DNA of 64,000 nucleotides from an uncultured bacterium (GTDB lineage Bacteria; Verrucomicrobiota; Kiritimatiellia; RFP12; UBA3636): NCBI GenBank assembly GCA_902761575.1, contig CACWKU010000002.1, positions 5,578 to 69,577 of the forward strand, read 5' to 3'. Shown piece by piece: positions 39,150 to 47,134 of this stretch (position 1 is its first letter; each line of letters starts with the position of its first letter). The notes under the pieces were generated by a model. It saw only the letters and a program-made list of their open reading frames with translations, ran no database searches and was not told where the DNA came from. The position numbers and the translations under genes were made by a program.

Positions 39150-39742
39150 ACCGGCCGCGGCGCCACGCGCCGCGGCCGCTCCAATCCGGCCCGCGCCGGC
39201 CGAAAGTCAAGCGCGAATTTGTTGCACAAATGTTGCATTCGCCCACCCCGGGGTTGTGGTAGATTCTTCCCCGTTCGCGCGCAACGCGCGGAACGCCCTG
39301 CAATGCACCGCCCCAGCCCCCGCCCCCTTCCCGATTCCGGACGGACGCGCCGCCCAGCCCCCCCGCGCCCTTCCGGACGAATTCGCCCCTTCGCGCAATT
39401 ATCGCGTGACTTCCGTGGCGGGGTCTGGTATCATCCGCCACATCCGCGCGGCACAATGTTGCGCACCAGGGCCCCCGGAAAAATACCGACACACACCACT
39501 TGACAAACCCACAAACGAACCCTTTGCAGTAGCTGCATCCGAAGTCGCTCGAAACCGGCAAATTTCAAGACTTCACCAACATTTCGATACAGCGAAGCGT
39601 GCCTCGCGCGCTTCGCGTGTCCATGTTGGTAGGCGCTTGCCGGTGCCTGAGCGACGGGCATCGACGAAGCGCGTCTTTCTATTTTTGCCCCGTCCCTGTC
39701 CCGCGCGAGCGGCGAAACGACCGGTTCGAAAAGAACGACACG

Positions 39743-42700
39743 ATGGACGGACAAATGCTCAAACTGCGCTCGCTGGCCTTCTTTATCCTGAAGAAGCGCC
39801 GGGCAGACCCGTCCCTTGACAAGGCCACCTTTCTTGCGCCCGCCGACTACCACGACTATCTTCGCGATGCCGAACCCGCCGTCCAGGGATCGGCCGACGG
39901 CTTCGAGGACGCCGTCGGCGCGCGGCCACTTTCCCTGGACGAAATCGACCTGTCGCAAATCCAATACGGCGACGTGGTCGCCCAGATGTTCGATCAGGGC
40001 ATCTCGTACACGGCGGTTTCCCTCGTGGCGCCGGCACCCGCCGCCGCAGACTCCGCGGTATCGGTGAACTACTTCGAGAACTATGTCGCTTCGCTCGGCG
40101 GCGGCGCGGACCAGACGCGCCGCGACGTGGAGGCGACGATGGAGCGGATGAACGAAATCCTCTCCCGTCCGGAGAACGTCGCCCACCGCGTGAACGGACT
40201 CGTCGTGGGGCGGGTCCAGTCCGGCAAGACGCGCAACTACGTGGGCCTGATGCTCAAGGCGGCCGCCGAGGGATGGAATGTGATGATCGTCCTCACGAGC
40301 GCCAACACGCAGCTCGCCGACCAGACCGAAAGCCGGATCAAGGCCGACTTCGAGCGCGCCCGGGCGGACGCCCACATCCGCCTCGAGCTGCGTTCCGGTT
40401 CCCCCGACCGTCCCGCGCAGGTCCGCGCCGGCGCCGGGTCCTTCTACTGGGGCGTCGCGATGAAGGAGACGACGAACCTCCGCCGGATTCTCGACTGGCT
40501 CCACGACAACAAGGACCTCGTGCCGTTCATACACCTTCTCGTCGTCGACGACGAGGCGGACAACGCCACGCCCGACTCAGGCATGAACCGCCCGGGTTCG
40601 GCCCGGCGCCTCGCCGAAGGCGAACTCGAGGAACTCGGCGACGCGGCCGCGGACTCTCCCGACTTCCAGTCCGCCTCGCTGTGGATGCGGGAGGTCCAGG
40701 CGAAGTTCCAGAGCGTCCAGGACGACGTCGCGGCCGGCCGCGACACGCCCGACACCCGCAAGACGGCCGATCTCGTTTCCCTGCTCGAAATCTCGACGAC
40801 GTCGGTGGGCGACGTGCTCGGAAGGTACCGGTCGTTCCTCGGGCTCGATTCCGCCGACGTCGAGCAGAACGTCAAGAACTTCTTCATCGGCCCGGACGCC
40901 GCCGCGATGCACCGGAACGACTGCTTCGTCCGATTCCTCAACACGGTTCTGCAGATCGCCCAGGCGAGAAGCGCCACCAACCGCCGCATCTGCGAACTCG
41001 TCGGCCTCGCGTCCTCCGGCGAATCGATCTACGACTTCGCCCGTTGCGCCTACCTGGCCTATACCGCGACGCCCTACGCCAACATCCTCAACGAGCGCCC
41101 CGGACAGTCGCCGCTCTACGCCGACTTCATCCAGTCGCTCGCCGTCTCCCCGCGCTATTTCGGCCTGGACCGCATCTTCGGGACCGACCGGAACCGCCCC
41201 GAGCCCGCGATGCGGATCGTCCGGGAAATCCCGCAGGAGGACAAGCGCTACGTCCTCCAGCCCGTCCAGGGAATCAAGGACGACGGGCGCAGCCCGCGCG
41301 CCGTCCTCAAGGTCGGCATCGGCAACGACCTCAAGGTCGAGTGCAAATCCCCGCCCTACACCGGCTGGTGGAACTCGATGCGGGAGGCGGTGGCCTGGGC
41401 CTTCTGCGCGGCGGCCGCCCGTCGGCTCCACCGTCTTTCGGATTCCGCGGGAGGAAGCGGCCCGTCCCTGACGCTCGAGGACCGCTGGACGACGATGCTC
41501 GTCAACGTCTCCCAGCTCCGCAGGGCGCACAGGTTCCTCCGCGAGAAGATCGCCGCCTACGTCTCGTTCCGTTGTTCCGGGGCTTCCGCCGCGGACGACT
41601 TCGTCGCCGAGTGCCGGCGCGTCTGGGACGCCTTCCGCGCCGAGTTCCCGAAAGCGGACTTCGACCGCCTTTTCAATTCCGGCGCTCCCGGCGACTCCGG
41701 GGGCTACGGCTCCGTCGCGGACTATCCCGCATGGGACGAGCTCGCCCCCCACGTCCGCTTCTTCGTCGAGCGCCGCCGCGACACGGAGAACGTCCACGTC
41801 ATCGAACTCAACGCGTCGGGCCGCGCCGCGAAGGAGGCGCAGGACCGCTACAACCAGGTCGCCGGCTTCGCGGGGACGCTCCTCGAAGACCACCTCTGGA
41901 TCGTCTGCGGCGGCAACGCCATCTCCCGTGGGCTCACGCTCCACGGCCTCTGCGCCAGCTATTTCGACCGCGTCCGCAAGACCGTCGCCGTGGACACGAT
42001 GACGCAGATGGGGCGCTGGTTCGGCTACCGCGCCGGCTACGAGCTCCTGCCCCGCATCTGGATGCTCCCGGCGACGGTCGGGGAGATGAAGAACACCGCC
42101 GTCGTCGAAAGCCACATGCACGAGAGCATCGCGCAGAACTTCGCCGAGGGCAATTCCCCGTCCGACCCCGACCACTACCAGGCGATCTACAGCTGGGGCC
42201 GCCGGCTTTCCGGACGCGACGCCGCCCAGGTGAACGTCACCCGCAGCCTCGGCACGTTCGCCACCACGACCGACCTCCCCGCCGGCCGCGACGACATCGC
42301 GGGCGTCGCGAGCGCCACGGAGGCCTTCATCGCCAGTCTTGGCGCCCAGGCCCCCCGTCCCGAGTCCGAGTTCCCCCTGTTCCGCCAGTTCCCGCTCTGG
42401 AGCGGCATCGAAAGCCGGTTCGTCTCCGAGCTGCTGGCCCGCATCCGCGCATTCTACCCCGAGCGCTCTCGAAGGACCCTGGACACGCTCTTCCGGAAAA
42501 TCCAGGAGGCGGGCGCCTCGAGGACCTGGTACTTCGTCCTCGGCCAGCGCTTCGTGGGAGCGGGGCGGCAATACCGCTTCCGCACCTACAACGGGGAAAC
42601 GCTGGAAATCAAGGCCGGCTATTCCGAGAAGCCCCACGTGGTCGACGGCGCCGTCCGCGGCGTCAACGTCCGCAACTACCTTTCGTTCTTCGCGATGGTC

Positions 42701-43156
42701 CCCTCGCGCCACCTTGTGCTGACGGACGCCGACTGCCTCCGTGAACACGCGCCCGCCATCGCCCGCTACCTCGATTCCCGCCGGGACCCCGCCACGGGCG
42801 CCTACCCGCCCGCCGTCGACGCCGTCCTGCGGGACTATCCGCAGCCCGGCACGGACCGGAAGCTGCTCGCGCTCGCGGACCGGCTCGCCGCGGACGGCGG
42901 CCGCACGCAGATGCCGCCAGCCATCCACGACTGCCTTCCCGAGGGCCTCCGCAACCGCTCCGCGTCCGACTACCGCGAGCGCGTCTACGACCGCTTCCGC
43001 GCCGAGACCGGCCACCCGGCGGACCCCGTGCTGCAGGCCTATCTGCTCACCCCGCCCGCCGGCCTCGAGACGGACGGCAGGCCGCTCGTCTCCTGGTCGT
43101 TCTACTGGCCCGACCTCCAGCCCGACGACTTCCACCTCGTCTCCATCGGATTCTAG
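39743..43156 (+). CDS. Z1-domain-like SF2-helicase-type ATPase (P-loop NTPase with large N- and C-terminal extensions), first gene of candidate defense operon
   Basis: ATG 39743 (in-frame alternative GTG at 39599). Walker A GRVQSGKT; motif II LLVVDDEADNA; TATP-like YTATPYA; motif VI-like QMGRWFGYRAGY. Matches the Z1 family seen next to AIPR/RM-like modules. ~1137 aa. Stop TAG 43154-43156. Confidence 0.65.
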   Translation: MDGQMLKLRSLAFFILKKRRADPSLDKATFLAPADYHDYLRDAEPAVQGSADGFEDAVGARPLSLDEIDLSQIQYGDVVAQMFDQGISYTAVSLVAPAPAAADSAVSVNYFENYVASLGGGADQTRRDVEATMERMNEILSRPENVAHRVNGLVVGRVQSGKTRNYVGLMLKAAAEGWNVMIVLTSANTQLADQTESRIKADFERARADAHIRLELRSGSPDRPAQVRAGAGSFYWGVAMKETTNLRRILDWLHDNKDLVPFIHLLVVDDEADNATPDSGMNRPGSARRLAEGELEELGDAAADSPDFQSASLWMREVQAKFQSVQDDVAAGRDTPDTRKTADLVSLLEISTTSVGDVLGRYRSFLGLDSADVEQNVKNFFIGPDAAAMHRNDCFVRFLNTVLQIAQARSATNRRICELVGLASSGESIYDFARCAYLAYTATPYANILNERPGQSPLYADFIQSLAVSPRYFGLDRIFGTDRNRPEPAMRIVREIPQEDKRYVLQPVQGIKDDGRSPRAVLKVGIGNDLKVECKSPPYTGWWNSMREAVAWAFCAAAARRLHRLSDSAGGSGPSLTLEDRWTTMLVNVSQLRRAHRFLREKIAAYVSFRCSGASAADDFVAECRRVWDAFRAEFPKADFDRLFNSGAPGDSGGYGSVADYPAWDELAPHVRFFVERRRDTENVHVIELNASGRAAKEAQDRYNQVAGFAGTLLEDHLWIVCGGNAISRGLTLHGLCASYFDRVRKTVAVDTMTQMGRWFGYRAGYELLPRIWMLPATVGEMKNTAVVESHMHESIAQNFAEGNSPSDPDHYQAIYSWGRRLSGRDAAQVNVTRSLGTFATTTDLPAGRDDIAGVASATEAFIASLGAQAPRPESEFPLFRQFPLWSGIESRFVSELLARIRAFYPERSRRTLDTLFRKIQEAGASRTWYFVLGQRFVGAGRQYRFRTYNGETLEIKAGYSEKPHVVDGAVRGVNVRNYLSFFAMVPSRHLVLTDADCLREHAPAIARYLDSRRDPATGAYPPAVDAVLRDYPQPGTDRKLLALADRLAADGGRTQMPPAIHDCLPEGLRNRSASDYRERVYDRFRAETGHPADPVLQAYLLTPPAGLETDGRPLVSWSFYWPDLQPDDFHLVSIGF

Positions 43157-43174
43157 AACGGAAAGGACCCCGCC

Positions 43175-44179
43175 GTGACGCAAGACGACGAAGCGCACCG
43201 CCTCTTCGAGACCCGGAAATCGGTCAAGTACCGCCTCGCCACCATCCGGCCGGGCGAACTCTTCCAGTTCGACGACTTCTTCCTCTTCCGCCACGGAGGC
43301 ACGGTCGGCGCCGCCATCCCCGCCGGCGACGAGCTCCCGGGCATCCACAACGTCCATCCCGGGCGCAGCTATTCGCTCGACGGCGACAACGCCCTGCCCG
43401 GAGCGCCCGGCAACTTCCTCGTCCTTTCCGTGGACGCGGACGAAACGGACCTCGCGGACGAAGTGAAGCGCGAGGACTTCGCCGACCGCATCCTCTCGTT
43501 CGCGAGCCGGGAGAACGGCGCCCGCGAGGCGCTCCTGCGCGACCCCTGGGGCTGGGCCGAACGCATCATCGAGATGACGGGCAACGCCGCCTCCGAGCTC
43601 CGTCCCTACCCCTACCTCGCCGAGGTTCTCCTGCTGAACCGCCTCCGCGCCGCCGGGCTCGTCCGCGACCCCGCCGCCGAATACCGCGGTCCCGACGCGG
43701 CCCTCCACGACTTCGAGCTTTCCTCCTGCTCGATCGAATGCAAGTCGCACCTCCACGCCAAGGACGGCTTCGACGGCGAGATCACCGTCACGAACCAGCA
43801 CCAGCTCGCCCCCACCGGCGGCAAGCCCCTCTATCTCTGCTACTTCGCGATGGAGGACGCCGGCGACCTCACCGTCGAGGCCGCCGCGCGCGACTTCGGC
43901 GAACCGCGCGCCGTCCTGCTCGAAAAGCTCCGCAAGTGCCGCATCGTGGAGGGCGACTTCGCCTGGCGCCGCCCCTACCACCTCGTCTGCGAACCGCTCG
44001 TCTACGAAATTGACGGCGCCTTTCCGCGCATCACCCCCGCGCTCTTCCCCGGCGGCCGCTTTCCCGCCGGCATCGTCTCGCTCCAATACCGCGTGAGTCT
44101 CCAGAACCTTCCGCGCTGCACGCTCTCCTCCTTCATCGACGCCCTCGCCGCCGGGCGTAATCCCAAGTTCGCACAATGA
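43175..44179 (+). CDS. Hypothetical protein with possible PD-(D/E)xK nuclease-like motif. Occupies the DUF3780 position of canonical DUF3780-DUF1156-DUF499 clusters
   Basis: GTG start with RBS GAAAGGACC; 334 aa; ..AALHDFELSSCSIECKSHLH.. gives D-x10-E-x-K. Its stop TGA overlaps the ATG of the next gene (ATGA at 44176-44179). Confidence 0.4.
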   Translation: MTQDDEAHRLFETRKSVKYRLATIRPGELFQFDDFFLFRHGGTVGAAIPAGDELPGIHNVHPGRSYSLDGDNALPGAPGNFLVLSVDADETDLADEVKREDFADRILSFASRENGAREALLRDPWGWAERIIEMTGNAASELRPYPYLAEVLLLNRLRAAGLVRDPAAEYRGPDAALHDFELSSCSIECKSHLHAKDGFDGEITVTNQHQLAPTGGKPLYLCYFAMEDAGDLTVEAAARDFGEPRAVLLEKLRKCRIVEGDFAWRRPYHLVCEPLVYEIDGAFPRITPALFPGGRFPAGIVSLQYRVSLQNLPRCTLSSFIDALAAGRNPKFAQ

Positions 44180-47130
44180 TCAAGGCCCCCAAGAAACTCA
44201 TCGAGGTTGCGCTGCCGCTCAAGGCAATCAACGAAGCAGCTTCTTACGAGAAGAAGCCCGGCATCGGCGCACATCCGCGAGGACTCCATCTCTGGTGGGC
44301 GCGACGCCCTCTCACAGCCGCGCGCGCCGTCCTTTTTGCTCAGCTCGTGAACGACCCGGGCGGTCAGCGCGGCTGGGACTCCCGCAAGGGAATCACGAAA
44401 GAGAAGGCGCAAGCGGAGCGCCAACGCCTCTTTGATATCCTTAAAGACCTCGTGAAATGGGAGAACACGGACAACGAGGCGGTCCTCGCCGCCGCCCGCC
44501 GCGAAATCGAGCGCTCGTGGCGCGAGACGTGCGAGATGAACCGCGGCGAGCCCGGCTTCGACCCGGACAAGCTTCCCGCCTTCCACGACCCCTTCGCCGG
44601 CGGCGGCGCGATTCCCCTCGAAGCGCAGCGCCTCGGCCTCGAAGCTTGGGCGAGCGACCTCAACCCCGTCGCGGTCGCCATCAACAAGGCGATGATCGAA
44701 ATCCCGCCCCGTTTCGCCGGTCGTGCGCCCATCGGCCCCGAACCGGAAGGGTCGCGCTCCCGCGCGAACGCGACGGAAGACTCCCGACAGCAGACCCTCG
44801 GCCTGTCCGAGGACGCGCAGGAGCGCGTCCCTCCCCACGACTGGCCCGGCGCCACCGGCCTCGCCGAGGATGTCCGCCGCTACGGCGCGTGGATGCGCGA
44901 GGAGGCGAAGAATCGCATCGGCCATCTCTACCCGACCGTGAGAATCACGAAGGAGATGGTTAAGAAACGACCCGACCTGAAGGACTACGTCAATCGCGAT
45001 CTAACCGTCATCGCCTGGCTCTGGGCGCGCACGGTCAAGAGTCCCCATCCTGCATTCTCCGACTGTGAGGTTCCCCTCATCTCTTCCTTCGTTCTTTCGA
45101 CCAAAGAAGGAAAAGAAGTTTGGCTCGAACCTGTCATTGACGGGAGAAACTGGCGCTTTGTAGTCCACACTGGAACCCCTTCGAAAGACGCGGAAAACGG
45201 AACGAAACTCGGCAACGGCGCCAACTTCAAGTGCATTCTCTCCGGCGCTCAAATGGATTCCGACTATCTCCGGGCCGAAGGATGCGCAAAACGAATGGGA
45301 CAACGGTTGTTCGCCGTTGTCCTCGATGGCGGCAGAGGGCGCGTATTCATCGAACCGCAATCCGGCATGGACGAGCTTGCAAAATCGGCAAAGCCAACTT
45401 GGAAACCAACCGCGAAACTTCCGAACGATCCCCGCAACTTCTGGACGCCTAACTACGGTCTTACGACATACGGAGACCTCTTCACCAATCGCCAACTTGT
45501 GGCTCTCAACACCTTTCTAGACCTTGTGCAGGAAGCACGCGGAAAAGTGCTTACGGACGCCAAGGCCGCTTTTTGGTCCGATGACGGCGTTCGACTCACC
45601 GATGGCGGTTCTGGTCCGACCGCTTACGCCGACGCGGTGGCTACGTATTTGATGTTCACCATAAACCGTTGCGTTGATTTCAACAGCCAGTTGAATCGCT
45701 GGTCGGCAAGCAACCAGAAGACGATGAATACCTTTGCACGGCAGTCACTGCCGATGACATGGGACTTTGGTGAAACGAACATTCTAAACGATGGAGTGGG
45801 AGGGTTCTTCACCTGTGCCGACTATATTTCCAACTGTATTCTAAAGTTGCCCGCAACGAGTTTCGGAACTGTCGCTCAAGCGGATGCTCAGACACAATCA
45901 CTTTCGCAGAACAAAATCATTTCGACCGACCCACCTTACTACGACAACATCGCATATGCGGATCTCTCGGATTTCTTCTACGTCTGGATGCGGCGCGGGC
46001 TTCGTCGTATTTCTCCCGGTCTGTTCTCATCCATCGAGACACCGAAGGAAGAGGAGCTCGTTGCATCGCCCTATCGCCACGACGGCCCCAAGCAAGCAGA
46101 AGCGTTCTTCATGGACGGGATGACGGCAACGATGAAAAATCTGGCCGAACGAGCGCACCCGGCTTTTCCCGTCACGATTTACTACGCCTACAAACAGTCG
46201 AAGGCCAACGAGAAAGGTACGGGAAACGCCGGATGGGAATCCTTTTTGGAAGCCGTCATCCGTGCCGGATTCCAGATTACGGGTACTTGGCCGATGCGAA
46301 CAGAGCAGGAAACCAGAATGATTGGGATGGGCACGAACGCGCTGGCTTCCTCCGTCGTGCTGGTCTGCCGGAAGCGGCAAGAGGACGCGAAAGTGGGGGA
46401 CCGGCGCGAGTTCCTGAAGCGCCTTCGCGAAAGGATGCCTGAAGCGCTGGAAGAGATGGAGGGCGGCGAAGGACGGGCCGCGCAGGTTTCTCCCGTGGAC
46501 CGACCTCAGGCCGTCATCGGTCCGGGGATGGAGGTCTTCTCGTCCTTCGCCGAAGTCCTCAACGCGGACGGGACGCGGATGAGCGTCGGCGACGCCATCG
46601 TCGAAATCAACCGCTGGCTCGACCCCGACGGCGGCTTCGACCCCGAGACGCAGTTCTGCCGCGACTGGTTCCGCGCGCGCGGATGGGGCGAAGGTCCGAG
46701 CGGCGACGCCATCACGATGGCGCAGGGACAGGGACTCGCCGTGAACGCGGTTGTCGACGCGGGCGTCCTACGCTCGCGCGGCGGCAAGACCGCGCTCATC
46801 CACTGGCGCGACTATCCCGAGGACTACGACCCGACGAACGACCGGCACCGCCCGGCGTGGGAGGTCTGCCACCATCTCGTGCGCATCCACCAGAAGCGCG
46901 GGTCCGGCGCGGCGGGCGCCTTCCTCGCGCTCGTGCAGGAGCAAGGCGAAGCGGCGCGGCGGCTGGCTTACCAGCTGCACACGCTCTGCGAACGCAAGGG
47001 GCTCGCGGAGGACGCGCGCCCCTACAACGAGCTCGTCGCCGCATGGGACGACATCGCTGCCGCCGCGGCCAAGGCCATCGCCGCCGCGCCGAAGAAGCCG
47101 AAACAGGAACAGCTTGAACTGGGAATCTGA
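44176..47130 (+). CDS. DUF1156-family predicted N6-adenine DNA methyltransferase
   Basis: N-terminus MIKAPKKLIEVALPLKAINEAASYEKKPGIGAHPRGLHLWWARRPLTAARAVLFAQLVNDP matches the hallmark DUF1156 N-terminal block. Downstream ..HDPFAGGGAIPLEAQRLGL.. (SAM-binding-like) and ..ISTDPPYYDNIAYADLSDFFYVW.. (DPPY catalytic motif of amino-methyltransferases). Confidence 0.8.
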   Translation: MIKAPKKLIEVALPLKAINEAASYEKKPGIGAHPRGLHLWWARRPLTAARAVLFAQLVNDPGGQRGWDSRKGITKEKAQAERQRLFDILKDLVKWENTDNEAVLAAARREIERSWRETCEMNRGEPGFDPDKLPAFHDPFAGGGAIPLEAQRLGLEAWASDLNPVAVAINKAMIEIPPRFAGRAPIGPEPEGSRSRANATEDSRQQTLGLSEDAQERVPPHDWPGATGLAEDVRRYGAWMREEAKNRIGHLYPTVRITKEMVKKRPDLKDYVNRDLTVIAWLWARTVKSPHPAFSDCEVPLISSFVLSTKEGKEVWLEPVIDGRNWRFVVHTGTPSKDAENGTKLGNGANFKCILSGAQMDSDYLRAEGCAKRMGQRLFAVVLDGGRGRVFIEPQSGMDELAKSAKPTWKPTAKLPNDPRNFWTPNYGLTTYGDLFTNRQLVALNTFLDLVQEARGKVLTDAKAAFWSDDGVRLTDGGSGPTAYADAVATYLMFTINRCVDFNSQLNRWSASNQKTMNTFARQSLPMTWDFGETNILNDGVGGFFTCADYISNCILKLPATSFGTVAQADAQTQSLSQNKIISTDPPYYDNIAYADLSDFFYVWMRRGLRRISPGLFSSIETPKEEELVASPYRHDGPKQAEAFFMDGMTATMKNLAERAHPAFPVTIYYAYKQSKANEKGTGNAGWESFLEAVIRAGFQITGTWPMRTEQETRMIGMGTNALASSVVLVCRKRQEDAKVGDRREFLKRLRERMPEALEEMEGGEGRAAQVSPVDRPQAVIGPGMEVFSSFAEVLNADGTRMSVGDAIVEINRWLDPDGGFDPETQFCRDWFRARGWGEGPSGDAITMAQGQGLAVNAVVDAGVLRSRGGKTALIHWRDYPEDYDPTNDRHRPAWEVCHHLVRIHQKRGSGAAGAFLALVQEQGEAARRLAYQLHTLCERKGLAEDARPYNELVAAWDDIAAAAAKAIAAAPKKPKQEQLELGI

Positions 47131-47134
47131 CGCA

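Noticed and set aside
39599-39742. In-frame upstream extension (GTG at 39599) of the Z1 gene
   Set aside because: The extension (MPRALRVSMLVGACRCLSDGHRRSASFYFCPVPVPRERRNDRFEKND) is Arg/Cys-rich and unlike protein N-termini. It overlaps a strong hairpin at 39593-39617. ATG 39743 is preferred, although neither start has a good Shine-Dalgarno.
40500-40570. DEAD tetrapeptide in the Z1 protein (VVDDEADNA)
   Set aside because: I considered a DEAD-box RNA helicase. The other DEAD-box motifs (Q-motif, SAT, HRIGR) are absent, and the surrounding motifs fit the Z1/SF2-like family instead.
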